Positions 19,761 through 29,432 of a stretch of DNA of 63,037 nt are shown here, one piece after another. Source of the DNA: Actinomycetes bacterium (lineage in GTDB: Bacteria > Actinomycetota > Acidimicrobiia > Acidimicrobiales > Bog-793); the NCBI GenBank assembly GCA_021798275.1, contig JAJZMK010000006.1:1-63037 (forward strand), given 5' to 3'. The notes below the pieces were generated by a model. The model was not told the origin of the DNA, searched no databases, and was given only the letters and a program-made list of their open reading frames with translations. Every line of letters begins with the position of its first letter. The stretch's first letter is position 1. The position numbers and the translations under genes are program-made.

Positions 19761-20966
19761 TTATGGGTACAAAGTATTTGGGACAGACCAGTTAAGCATT
19801 AGGCCACCCAAATCTGAAGTCGATAGCGTAAAGGATCCACCTAACAGCTTTGCCCGTTCCTCCATATTGGATAGACCAAAACCTTTTCTTTCGGCGTTTG
19901 CAAGACCTTTGCCGTTATCTTCAACAATTAATGTGACAGTATTTGCTACATGTAAATTTACTTTTGCTTCAGTAGCTTTTGCGTGTCGCAGTATATTGGA
20001 TAAAGATTCTTTCAATACGGCCAGTAAGTGTTCCCCAAGCTGCTGATTGACAAGTATATCTACATGTCCTTGAAGATTTATTTTCGGCTTAAATCCGAGA
20101 GCCGGAGAGATATTATTCACTGTTTCGATCAGCATAGATTTAAAAGTAGTCTCCTTATTACCCAAGGAGAAAATAGTTTTTCTTATATCAGATATAGTGT
20201 CATCTATATTATCTATTATTTCTATAAGATGATCTCTACTAATTTCGTCTTCAATAATATTAACAGTACTTTGTAAGCTCATACCGATAGCAAAAAGTCG
20301 TTGTATGACTAGATCATGCAAGTCTCTGGCAATACGTTCGCGATCCGATGTCAGGACCAATTGAGCTGCTCTTTGATGAAGTCTTGTATTTTCAATGGCG
20401 ATTCCGGCTATCGCGGCAAGAGCAATGAGGAGCCTCTCGTCAGCGGAAGAAAAAGGAGCAATTTTTGAACGACTCGGAGTTTGACTTTCGTTGCTCTGAG
20501 CCAATTTATCAGTCAGATAAATATTACCAAAAAGCTTACCCCTGATTTTGATTGGCACTCCCAAAAACGTGGTCATCTGAGGGTGACCGGGAGGAAAGCC
20601 ATACGACATAGGGTGTTTCCCAATATTGTCTATTCTGATTGGATCCGGAGATTGGATCAACAGGCCCAAGAGCCCTTTCCCGGTCGGATAAGGTCCTATG
20701 GCTTGGATTTGTTCCTCACTTATCCCAGACACCAAGAAACTTTCCAACGTTTTGTCATTGGCCAGAATCCCCAAAGCGCCATAGCGGCAATTTACTAAAG
20801 ATCTCGCGGAGTCAACTATAGCTTGTAGTGTTTCATCAAGATTCAAACCGGAGGTGACAGCGGCTATGGATTCCACCAGGGAATCCATTCGCTTTGCTAG
20901 GTCCCGATTTTCCTGATCAGTCTCTTCGGCCGATATTTTGGTATTCGCAATAGGCGTAGAGCTCAT
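19761..20966 (-). CDS. DosS/DevS-like heme-GAF sensor histidine kinase (single GAF)
   Basis: GFPPGHPQMTTFLGVP and GNIYLTDK (DosS GAF-A-like), RERIARDLHDLVIQRLF (HisKA_3) and an HATPase domain. Confidence 0.88.
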   Translation of the reverse strand: MSSTPIANTKISAEETDQENRDLAKRMDSLVESIAAVTSGLNLDETLQAIVDSARSLVNCRYGALGILANDKTLESFLVSGISEEQIQAIGPYPTGKGLLGLLIQSPDPIRIDNIGKHPMSYGFPPGHPQMTTFLGVPIKIRGKLFGNIYLTDKLAQSNESQTPSRSKIAPFSSADERLLIALAAIAGIAIENTRLHQRAAQLVLTSDRERIARDLHDLVIQRLFAIGMSLQSTVNIIEDEISRDHLIEIIDNIDDTISDIRKTIFSLGNKETTFKSMLIETVNNISPALGFKPKINLQGHVDILVNQQLGEHLLAVLKESLSNILRHAKATEAKVNLHVANTVTLIVEDNGKGLANAERKGFGLSNMEERAKLLGGSFTLSTSDLGGLMLNWSVPNTLYP

Positions 20967-21043
20967 ACGACAAAATCATATCATAGGAAAAAATATGTTA
21001 CCCAGAGAGTATGCGGCTTATCCGTAACATTTTATTCGAAACA

Positions 21044-21853
21044 TCAGTCCGTTAGGGGCAATACCGTCTGTGGCTTGGTAATGATGTGATTTTCTCTGAT
21101 CGGCTTGACTGCCGTCCCGATGGCAAAGAATTCAGTGGTGTGGCCTCCCCACTTATGAGGCAGTGATAAAAGCTGAACCCCTACGATGCCTTCGGCATGG
21201 AGTTCCTCTGCTTCTGCCTGCATACGGCTCATAGCCAGCTCGCGGGCATCATAAAGAGCTTCGGTATATTGAGTGATCTCCACATTGCGCGATAGGTTTG
21301 ACATAGCCGTGAAACCGCGTTGATGTGCTATGTGATATACACAGCTTCCCATGACCATCCCAAGTGGAGCATAACCGGCTTGGATCAATGTCCAGAAATC
21401 TTGCCCTGATAAATCTGATGTGAAAGGCATCTGCTTATTGTTGCGCCAGGTTCCCTCAATCTCTGCTTTGACGGCCGTCCCGACGGCAATGAATTCCGCT
21501 ATATCGGCACCGAATTCTTTAAACTCTATGTCAAGCCTTACCCCTACTATCCCATCGGCACCAAGAGCATTGGCTTCCTGCTCCATGCGGGTCATGGCCA
21601 ATTCCCGTGCGTGGTACATGGCTTGCGACAACGTGTCGAGTTCCATATTTTTACCCCATCTACCCAGTTGGATACCCACATGATAGACACTGGAGCCGAG
21701 GACGAGCCCCAGAGGTTTAAAGCCTGCTTCTCTGACCAGTAGGAACTCATTGACGGTGAGGTCCGAGGTGAACATGGAGGTTGCAGAACCGGGTTTCATT
21801 TCATTTAAACGACGCATAGCGTCATCTGGTATTTGTACTAATTCATCTGGCAT
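21044..21853 (-). CDS. Tandem YbjQ/UPF0145 heavy-metal-binding-domain protein
   Basis: Two FTSDL...ARELAM.RM..EA..L.A.GIVGV...EF.A.GTAV repeats; GAGGAG SD. Confidence 0.85.
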   Translation of the reverse strand: MPDELVQIPDDAMRRLNEMKPGSATSMFTSDLTVNEFLLVREAGFKPLGLVLGSSVYHVGIQLGRWGKNMELDTLSQAMYHARELAMTRMEQEANALGADGIVGVRLDIEFKEFGADIAEFIAVGTAVKAEIEGTWRNNKQMPFTSDLSGQDFWTLIQAGYAPLGMVMGSCVYHIAHQRGFTAMSNLSRNVEITQYTEALYDARELAMSRMQAEAEELHAEGIVGVQLLSLPHKWGGHTTEFFAIGTAVKPIRENHIITKPQTVLPLTD

Positions 21854-21908
21854 AGTATGCTCCTCAACTGTTTATTTAATATCTATCGCTATTGATTTAA
21901 TTCTTACA

Positions 21909-22814
21909 CTACTTATGTGAAGTCAATTTCTTGAGTCCCAATACGATAGGTGTATGGTTTTCTGTTTTTAAGTCACGGTGGGTATTAAACCTGACTATAG
22001 CACTTCCCATCAGATGTGCCATCCCGACCATATCCTTGTGCTGTTCGGCAATTTCCATCTCATGTATTTCCGTCGTGATCTGATCCGACAAGATGGCTCC
22101 TTCCGCTCCGATCCTGCTTACGTAGGTGCTTATTTTGCGACGCACGTCATTTCTAATGGCATTGAGCAGATCTGTATGACCGGGAACTTCGGTATTGGGG
22201 CCAAAAGACCTTGTAGCCATCATGGTGTAATAGTCGTTGTGTCTGATACCAAGTGAAATAGCTACCATGATAGCTTTTGGCATCCAACCGGACTGCATCA
22301 ATTTAGCCACTTCATTACCTGTGAGTAAGGTGGCAAAAGGCGTAGGGGAGTGGATCCGACCCAAAGCTTTAACCGCTGTTCCTAAGGCCATGTATTCCCT
22401 GAAACCATCGCCTAAACGGCTTTCTTTGATGCTCACGCCGACGACGCCGTCCGCTCCCAACTCGTGGGCTTCTGTGAGCATGCGGGAAATAGCGGTATCG
22501 TAACCGCTATTTAATGCATCAAGATAGGGAGTCAAAGCTCCCCACTGTCGAGAGTTGGCACCATCACACAAAGTTGTGTAAGTAGGAGGAACCCCGTATC
22601 CACCCCAACCGCAACTTACGTAGCCGGCAAATCCTATATTTTGAACCATGCAGCCCATAACTTCTCCGACAGGGATAAAACCACAAGATTCTATGGAAAG
22701 TTGTGACCCTATACTCAATAAGGAAGAAGAGGTGTTGGAGTTTTTTGAAGCGGCGATTCTCTTTAGTGCCTGCGGGGGTAAATTCTGAGGGTTTATATTT
22801 AATGACCTGTCCAA
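21909..22814 (-). CDS. Tandem YbjQ/UPF0145-domain protein (paralog)
   Basis: AISRMLTEAHELGADGVVGV...ALGTAV plus a second degenerate copy; GGAGG SD. Confidence 0.8.
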   Translation of the reverse strand: MDRSLNINPQNLPPQALKRIAASKNSNTSSSLLSIGSQLSIESCGFIPVGEVMGCMVQNIGFAGYVSCGWGGYGVPPTYTTLCDGANSRQWGALTPYLDALNSGYDTAISRMLTEAHELGADGVVGVSIKESRLGDGFREYMALGTAVKALGRIHSPTPFATLLTGNEVAKLMQSGWMPKAIMVAISLGIRHNDYYTMMATRSFGPNTEVPGHTDLLNAIRNDVRRKISTYVSRIGAEGAILSDQITTEIHEMEIAEQHKDMVGMAHLMGSAIVRFNTHRDLKTENHTPIVLGLKKLTSHK

Positions 22815-23172
22815 CTCATCCTCCGAAATTTACCTGTCCCCAGCGTGGTGACTTGACAACTATGACCTGCAACAAGACACTAGTGCACAGCAGAGTCTTT
22901 TGCAAATAGGCTGGAGTATTTTTCCCGAGGTGCAATGGATATAGGCATAAGTAAATATAGACGAAGCATCGCCAGACAGTGCTACTTAGTTTTGCTATTT
23001 TTTGACGGCTGTGAGTGTCCGACGTAGGGATTGATATTCGCAGAGTTACCTCCAAGGTGCTGATCGAGTGGTAAAGACAATGAGGTCTTAACCAATTATT
23101 AACCTTTATGCTAGCCGTTATGACCTATTACCCTAGGGAAAGATGCCTCCCGAGTCCTAATATAGTCTTACT

Positions 23173-23670
23173 ATGAATGAGACACCTGCCAGAGCTAAAG
23201 AGCGAAATAAGAACGGCTCGGTGGTTTTTGTCTCAGATTTCGTCCATATTGCCGGAGATTTGGATCTCCTAAAAGATAAATTGTCTCATGAGCATGCCGG
23301 TTGGCTGGCACCTTTGGCCGTAGATACGGCATCGGAGGAAAGCAGTGGAACAAAAATTAAAGTCGGCTCCAATGCCTTGCTGGCAAAAGTTGTCGACGTG
23401 ACACTGGCCGAACCCAGAGTAAGAGATGACGGTGTAGTTATTCCGATGAAGTGGCATCCCACCGGGGTATCTAAGCTCTTTCCTTCACTGGATGCCGATT
23501 TGGAGTTGTCCTCCCTTGACGCCGGTATATGCAGATTGGCAATTACGGGACGCTATAGAATCCCACTTGGGACGCTAGGTGAAGTGGCAAACAATGCTTT
23601 TATGCATAGAATTGCAGAAGATACCATACGTAGATTTTTGACGCAGATAGCTGAAAAGCTGGCAGCCTAG
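23173..23670 (+). CDS. Hypothetical protein (SRPBCC/START-like fold possible)
   Basis: LFPSLDADLEL and GRYRIPLG..G motifs; leaderless arrangement TATAGT-N6-ATG. Confidence 0.7.
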   Translation: MNETPARAKERNKNGSVVFVSDFVHIAGDLDLLKDKLSHEHAGWLAPLAVDTASEESSGTKIKVGSNALLAKVVDVTLAEPRVRDDGVVIPMKWHPTGVSKLFPSLDADLELSSLDAGICRLAITGRYRIPLGTLGEVANNAFMHRIAEDTIRRFLTQIAEKLAA

Positions 23671-23707
23671 CAGGCTATCCGCTGGAAAAACGTTGTTACG
23701 AGCATAT

Positions 23708-24355
23708 TTAATTAATGCTCGTGTCTCCTTTTTCTTCCAGCCTTACGGCATAAACGGCGGCTTCGGTTCTTCTGGAAAAACCCATTTTATTTAATACATT
23801 TGATACATAATTTTTGACGGTTTTTTCAGCAAGGAACATTTCCGCACCTATCTGACGGTTCGTTTTGCCTTCGGCAAGCAGGGATAAGATTTTTCTTTCT
23901 TGTGGCGTCAAGTGATCGATACGTGTGTCGGGCCTACTTTTATGACGAAAGTGGTCTATAGCGGCGCGAGCCACGGTGGGATCGATCAGAGATGCTCCGT
24001 TGGCGACCTGTCGTATGGAATTGATAAGCTCATTGCCGCGTATCTGTTTGAGTAAATATCCGCTGGCACCTGCCAGAATCGCCGACTCCAGCGCCTGGTC
24101 ATCATCGTAAGAGGTCAGAATCAAGCATCTCATTTTTGGATTGATCTCCAGAACCTCCCGGCAAACCTCAATTCCGTTGCCGTCGGGCAGCCTGACGTCG
24201 ATAATAGCGACATCAACGTCGGCCAAAGGTATTCTTTGCAGAGCTTCGGCTGCGGTAGAGGCCTCACCGGTAATTGTAATATCGGCTGCGGATTGCAGCA
24301 ATTCTCTGAGGCCTCGTCTTACAAGCTCGTGGTCATCCAGCAGAAAAACGTTCAC
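23708..24355 (-). CDS. DosR/DevR-like NarL-family response regulator
   Basis: VFLLDDHELVRRGL, DVRLPDGNGIEVCR, CLILTSY, GASGYLLK and MFLAEKTVKNYVS closely resemble DevR. Confidence 0.9.
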   Translation of the reverse strand: MNVFLLDDHELVRRGLRELLQSAADITITGEASTAAEALQRIPLADVDVAIIDVRLPDGNGIEVCREVLEINPKMRCLILTSYDDDQALESAILAGASGYLLKQIRGNELINSIRQVANGASLIDPTVARAAIDHFRHKSRPDTRIDHLTPQERKILSLLAEGKTNRQIGAEMFLAEKTVKNYVSNVLNKMGFSRRTEAAVYAVRLEEKGDTSIN

Positions 24356-24391
24356 TTTCTAGATGATAGCAATAAAACCGTCATTTGGCGT

Positions 24392-24405
24392 AGGTCTTAA
24401 GTCAC
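24392..24405 (-). promoter_or_regulatory. DosR box-like site upstream of the dosR-like gene
   Basis: Minus strand GTGAC-TTAA-GACCT, about 37-50 nt upstream of the leaderless GTG. Confidence 0.45.
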
Positions 24406-24450
24406 AAATAAGATCTATGGGGGCTTGACAGATGTGTTATAACGAAATTA

Positions 24451-24496
24451 GACAACTCAACAGGTCTAGGGGGGGACTAGACCTGTTGAGTATGTC
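24451..24496 (-). ncRNA. Long hairpin with UCCCCCC loop (6C-like), candidate sRNA or leader element
   Basis: 15-bp perfect stem 24455-24469/24477-24491, extended by gaca/tgtc; minus-strand loop TCCCCCC. Confidence 0.45.
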
Positions 24497-24860
24497 AATA
24501 GGGGGCTTTATTTTAGGGAATGTATGGCTTTCTTACTTGCTTCGGTATTTAATCGTCCCGATTTTATAGAATCTGAAATACCCATATGCAATCCACACAT
24601 TTCGTTGGTCCGACATATTCTCTGGCGGCCTAAGTATCAATATATCACATTGAGTAGTTGCTTTGCCACTTAATAAGCCAAATTTTTTAGAATTTTGCTA
24701 AAAATTATTTTTTCTATATTATGTGGTCACGCCAGTTCCAAGAATAGACATGTGCTTTTGGTATCCAAATTAAGCTTTCGAATTAGCAGTCATTGCCACA
24801 AGTGTTTTATGACGGAGTACGCTGTCTGTATAGTAATAAAGTCCCACAAGGAGCAAAGTA

Positions 24861-26039
24861 GTGATTTTAGAGGATGCGAGTCCATTTTTACCGGAACTTG
24901 ATATAGATAAATTACGCCAAAAAAAAGGTGCCAAATGGGCATCAGTTGGACACGATCAAATACCGGCTTGGGTTGCCGATATGGATTTCCAGGTAGCTCC
25001 CGAGATTCAGCGGGTTCTTGCCGATACGGTAGAACGAGGTGACCTAGGGTATTTGGATTCACAATCCGGTAAATATTTGTCTGAATTATTTGCTACCAGA
25101 TATCACATCCGGCACGGTTTGGACGTCGACCCTGGCCTTGTCCGTATTACAAGTGACGTTGTCCAGGCAATCGGCGGCTGTATTTTTGCATTTACCGATC
25201 CAGGCGATAAAGTTCTTTTTCTAACCCCTACTTACCCTCCATTTTTTAGTGTGGTAAGTGGCTTATCGCGTCAAATTATGGACATAGACCTGGTGCGGGA
25301 AAATGATACTTATGTGATTGATTTTGACGCGCTACAAGAAGCCGTTGCAGATCAACGACCGACGATGCTGCTGCTTTGCAATCCGCATAACCCATTAGGC
25401 CGAGTTTTTACCCGCACAGAGTTAGAAACTTTAGCAGAAATTGCACTCGTCAATGATATGACTATAGTTTCGGATGAAATTCATTGCGATCTTGTTTTCC
25501 AAGGCTACAAACATATCCCGATAGCGGCCGTTTCCGATGAGGTGGCCAAAAAGACCGTGACTTTGTCTTCAGCCAGTAAAACATTCAATATAGCCGGATT
25601 GCATTGTGCTCAAATGGCGTTTGGATCAAAAGAATTATTTGACAGTTTCCAAAGATGTCCTTCTGTCCTATTGGGGGGTGTGAGTTCGCTGGGGATAGCG
25701 GCAGCTTCTACTGCCTATGCGGAAGGAGCATTATGGCTTGATGCAATCATGGAGATTTTGAATTCCAATAGAAACACATTGATAAATTGGACCAAGCAAT
25801 TTCCTTCTATGGGATTTATTCCGCCCGAAGCCACATATTTGGCATGGATAAATCTCAGATTTTTAGATCTGGGATGTCGTCTTGCCGATCTCATCACCGA
25901 GAAAACAGGTATCGTACTTTCGGACGGTCTTTCTTTTGGTAAAGCCGGTGCCGGCTATGTAAGGCTCAATTTTGCTACCGGCAAAACTATTTTGGAAGAG
26001 ATACTGGAGCGACTCGGTAACTTTATATCGCACGGTTAG
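24861..26039 (+). CDS. MalY/PatB family PLP-dependent C-S lyase/aminotransferase
   Basis: KW...WVADMDF, LCNPHNPLGR, SDEIHCDL, SASKTFNIAGL, EATYLAW and RLNFAT motifs. Confidence 0.92.
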   Translation: MILEDASPFLPELDIDKLRQKKGAKWASVGHDQIPAWVADMDFQVAPEIQRVLADTVERGDLGYLDSQSGKYLSELFATRYHIRHGLDVDPGLVRITSDVVQAIGGCIFAFTDPGDKVLFLTPTYPPFFSVVSGLSRQIMDIDLVRENDTYVIDFDALQEAVADQRPTMLLLCNPHNPLGRVFTRTELETLAEIALVNDMTIVSDEIHCDLVFQGYKHIPIAAVSDEVAKKTVTLSSASKTFNIAGLHCAQMAFGSKELFDSFQRCPSVLLGGVSSLGIAAASTAYAEGALWLDAIMEILNSNRNTLINWTKQFPSMGFIPPEATYLAWINLRFLDLGCRLADLITEKTGIVLSDGLSFGKAGAGYVRLNFATGKTILEEILERLGNFISHG

Positions 26040-26076
26040 ATATAAAGTTACAGAGTCGCCGGTGTCCAAAGAGCCG

Positions 26077-26799
26077 TTATCTAGCGAACCTACTGACCCA
26101 AACTTCCTTGGGGACATCGCGCAAGACCGGATTTGATTTGGTAAGGGTTTCCAATTGCATGGATTTCTCGGTATCGTAGTCGTGTCCGGGATAGATAAAA
26201 GTTGAAGGAGGCAGCTTTTTAGTCAGCCCAAACAAGCTGTCGTAGAGCTCTTCGGAGTCTCCACCGGGTAAATCGGTGCGTCCGCATCCGCGCAGAAAAA
26301 GGGTGTCGCCTGTCAGCAGCGAACCCCCGACCGATACACACTGACTCCCCGGAGTATGCCCGGGAGTATGTAGTAGCGTCACAAGCGTAGAGCCCAATTC
26401 GATCCCGTCTCCGCTTTCGTGCAATTGCAGGCAATCCTGAGATACAGAAGTGGTTTTGGTGATCCACTCAGCTTCTTTTTTTTGTGCGTGGATGGGTATA
26501 TCTGTCAATTCCAGCAACTCTTTTATACCGGCTATGGACACAGAGTGACCACTGTAGAGAGTTCCTCCGGCATGATCAGCATGAAAGTGTGTCAAAATGA
26601 CACCTCTTAACTTCAATCCTTTTTCTGAAACTATGGCTAACAAACCTGCCGGATCATATGCCGGATCTACCAAAAGAGCGTCTTGCGTTTCTTTATCGGC
26701 TATTACATAAGAATAGTTAGCCATAGTTACTGCAAAGTCATTGTCTCTGGCGAAATCTTGGCCGGCCCGCAATTGAGTGAGTGAAAAGGTTTTTTCCAT
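26077..26799 (-). CDS. Metallo-beta-lactamase-fold hydrolase (glyoxalase II/ETHE1-like)
   Basis: THFHADH, HTPGHTPGS, TGDTLFLRGCGRTD and YPGHDY motifs. Confidence 0.88.
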   Translation of the reverse strand: MEKTFSLTQLRAGQDFARDNDFAVTMANYSYVIADKETQDALLVDPAYDPAGLLAIVSEKGLKLRGVILTHFHADHAGGTLYSGHSVSIAGIKELLELTDIPIHAQKKEAEWITKTTSVSQDCLQLHESGDGIELGSTLVTLLHTPGHTPGSQCVSVGGSLLTGDTLFLRGCGRTDLPGGDSEELYDSLFGLTKKLPPSTFIYPGHDYDTEKSMQLETLTKSNPVLRDVPKEVWVSRFAR

Positions 26800-27035
26800 A
26801 GTTCCACTTTCTTTTATGTATTAGGCCCCGATGTGTTGTAGATAATCAAAGAGGTCCCTTTACCTATCATAGCGTAATGCCTCCTACTGACTCTTAGAAG
26901 CAGAGATTTGAGTATTTTCGACAAAACTGATTTCTTGCGAAAGGCATTTCTTGATGATATAAAACGATCTCTGGGCCCGGCTTGCAATGTGGAAAAGTGA
27001 TTTGTACTAAAATAAACTAAATATACAGAAGGGAA

Positions 27036-27527
27036 ATGGCGATGACAAGATTGGCCGATGGGGATAAAGCACCGTTCTTTGATTTGATTGACGATGAAGG
27101 TAAATCAGTATGCTTGACAGATTATACTGCCAAATTATTGGTCTTGTATTTCTATCCCGCTGACGATACCCCGGGATGCACCCTGGAAGCTTGCCAATTC
27201 AGTGATCTTTACGGTGACTTCGCTCATCTTAATATAGATGTTTTAGGTATATCACCAGATAGCCTCAGTTCTCATGAAAAATTCAAACAGAAACATAACT
27301 TGAAAATTAAGTTGGCTACAGATCCAGATTCCACCGTAGCCAAAGAGTATGGCGCTTATGGAGAAAAGAACCTTTATGGGAAAAAAAGTATAGGCATTAT
27401 CCGATCAACTTTTCTCATTGACGGTGCGCAAAACGTTCTAAAGGCTTTTTATAACGTCAGAGCAAAGGGCCATGCTGAAAAAGTTTTATCTTTGGCTTTG
27501 GGATTTGCGGGCAAGGGGAGCGACTGA
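27036..27527 (+). CDS. bcp: Peroxiredoxin Bcp/PrxQ
   Basis: YFYPADDTPGCTLEAC, GISPD and RSTFLID motifs. Confidence 0.93.
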   Translation: MAMTRLADGDKAPFFDLIDDEGKSVCLTDYTAKLLVLYFYPADDTPGCTLEACQFSDLYGDFAHLNIDVLGISPDSLSSHEKFKQKHNLKIKLATDPDSTVAKEYGAYGEKNLYGKKSIGIIRSTFLIDGAQNVLKAFYNVRAKGHAEKVLSLALGFAGKGSD

Positions 27528-27529
27528 GA

Positions 27530-28663
27530 ATGCCTGTAGATATCAAGCACTGGAAACACTTATACGAAGAAGTTGTGACAAGCGGGCTGTGTACCGGTTG
27601 TTCCGCATGCGTTATAGCATGCCCGCATGATGTGCTGGGGTATGAATCAGCACAAGGAACTTACAAGCCGTATCATTTTGAGCAAGATGGCGGAGCTACC
27701 GGCTGTACACATGGCGACAAGGGATGCACGTTGTGTACGAGGGCGTGCCCTCGTTTTGGTCTTTGGGAGCCGGAAATCGACAACTACTTATACGGGCGGC
27801 CAAGAAATGTCGACGAAGTTTCCGGTATATATAAGGAAATATGTCTTACTCAGGCAACAAGTGAAGAGTTACTGTCCAATGGCCAGGACGGAGGTTTAGT
27901 CAGCGCTTTACTGATCTATGCCTTGGAAGAAAATATTATTGACGCGGCACTGGTGTCTCGGTTGGAAGGGGACGGAACGACTTGGAAAGCGGCACCTTAT
28001 GTAGCCAGGACAAAGGAAGACATCATAGCAACGGCAGGTTCGCGCTATACCTATTGCGCAAATCCTTACGCATACCCGCAAGCGGTAGAACAGGGGGCTG
28101 AGCGCATAGGCTTGGTTGGTATGGGATGTCAGGTGTCAGCCCCGAAAGCCATGGCTGCCAGACGCGCCGGTAAAATAGCCAGAAGATTTGCTTTGAGTAT
28201 AGGGCTTTTATGTTCCAAAACATTTGACGATTCTATTTTCGATGAATTGTTTGATGAGAGATACGGCATCAAAAGAGAGTCGATAAAAAAGATGAATATC
28301 AAAGGGGTATTCCAAATTTACACTAAAGACGGAGGTTATCACGAAGTTCCTCTCAAGGAAGCTCATCAATGGACGCGAGAGGGATGCTTGATGTGTCCGG
28401 ATTTTGCCGCCGAACACGCCGATATCTCCGCAGGCGGAATAGGTGCTTATGCCGACTGGACCCTTACGGTTATAAGAAGTGATTTAGGAAAGCAGATTCT
28501 TGACGATATGGAAAATAAACACTTAATTGTGCGCCGACCCATAGAAGAAGATCTTGGAGCTCTCAAGCTGATGAATAAATTGTCGGCGGTGAGCAGGAAA
28601 AGACTTCCCGAACAACCGGCGGAGTATAAAAAGCGTATAGAGGTTAGGCCAAGTTCGGTTTGA
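27530..28663 (+). CDS. Coenzyme F420 hydrogenase/dehydrogenase beta-subunit (FrhB/FpoF-like) Fe-S flavoprotein
   Basis: CTGCSACVIACP, CTLCTRACP, GQDGGLVSALL, AGSRYT, VGMGCQ, IGLLC and CLMCPDFAAEHADISAG motifs. Confidence 0.88.
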   Translation: MPVDIKHWKHLYEEVVTSGLCTGCSACVIACPHDVLGYESAQGTYKPYHFEQDGGATGCTHGDKGCTLCTRACPRFGLWEPEIDNYLYGRPRNVDEVSGIYKEICLTQATSEELLSNGQDGGLVSALLIYALEENIIDAALVSRLEGDGTTWKAAPYVARTKEDIIATAGSRYTYCANPYAYPQAVEQGAERIGLVGMGCQVSAPKAMAARRAGKIARRFALSIGLLCSKTFDDSIFDELFDERYGIKRESIKKMNIKGVFQIYTKDGGYHEVPLKEAHQWTREGCLMCPDFAAEHADISAGGIGAYADWTLTVIRSDLGKQILDDMENKHLIVRRPIEEDLGALKLMNKLSAVSRKRLPEQPAEYKKRIEVRPSSV

Positions 28664-28706
28664 TGACCAGGCTGGTATAGCCGTTAATCATGTTTTAGTA
28701 CGTACC

Positions 28707-29432
28707 CTAAGTTGATTGTTTGCATCGGTACAAAATTTGATCAAACATGTCTTCGGTTAAAAGTTTAGTAAAAACATTACGTTGACTTGGGTGATAGCTG
28801 CAAATAAGATTGACGTTTTCGCCGAAAGGTGTCACCAAGCCGTGTCCAAATTTAGGCTTCGCCTCTTTGGAGGAGAGTTTCATAAAAGAGTTTGCATTTT
28901 CGGCTACCGCAAGTTTTTTGATGCGCCATAAGGAATCGTAAGCGAAATTTCCCAGAGCCAAAATAGTGGACAGATGTTTTAATTGACGTATTTCATCAAT
29001 TAAAAAGCCAAGGCAGTTGTCGCGTTCATTAGGTAAAGGCTTATTTTGAGGAGGGGCGCAACGAACAGCTGCCGTGACATAAGCTCCCGTTAAAAAGAGC
29101 CCGTCATCGAGACCCAGGGAGTAAGGCTGGTTGGCGTAACCACACCTGTAAAGCGCTCCGTAGAGGAAATCTCCGCTTCTGTCGCCGGTAAACATTCTAC
29201 CTGTTCTGTTGCCGCCGTGTGCGGCCGGCGCCAATCCGCAAATCAACAAAGTAGCGTCTGGATCTCCGAACGATAAGGCTGGTCGTCCCCAATAAGTCTG
29301 ATCTTGATAGGCAGCCCTTTTTTCGCTGGCGATTTTTTCTCTGAACGCGACAAGTCGCTGACATTTTCTACAGTTTGCAATATCGTTTTTTTCGTTGAAA
29401 CGATATTGAATTCGGTTTTCTATTTCTTCCAT
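28707..29432 (-). CDS. udgB: Uracil-DNA glycosylase family 5
   Basis: CRKCQRL, GLAPAAHGGNRTGRMFTGDRSG, RCAPP.NKP and YHPSQRN motifs. Confidence 0.92.
   Translation of the reverse strand: MEEIENRIQYRFNEKNDIANCRKCQRLVAFREKIASEKRAAYQDQTYWGRPALSFGDPDATLLICGLAPAAHGGNRTGRMFTGDRSGDFLYGALYRCGYANQPYSLGLDDGLFLTGAYVTAAVRCAPPQNKPLPNERDNCLGFLIDEIRQLKHLSTILALGNFAYDSLWRIKKLAVAENANSFMKLSSKEAKPKFGHGLVTPFGENVNLICSYHPSQRNVFTKLLTEDMFDQILYRCKQST

Noticed and set aside
22816-23055. 79-aa minus-strand ORF upstream of the YbjQ pair
   Set aside because: No motif and atypical composition; likely promoter region.
26885-26898. 14-mer actgactcttagaa repeated at 54174-54187
   Set aside because: A single 14-bp match is expected by chance in 63 kb.
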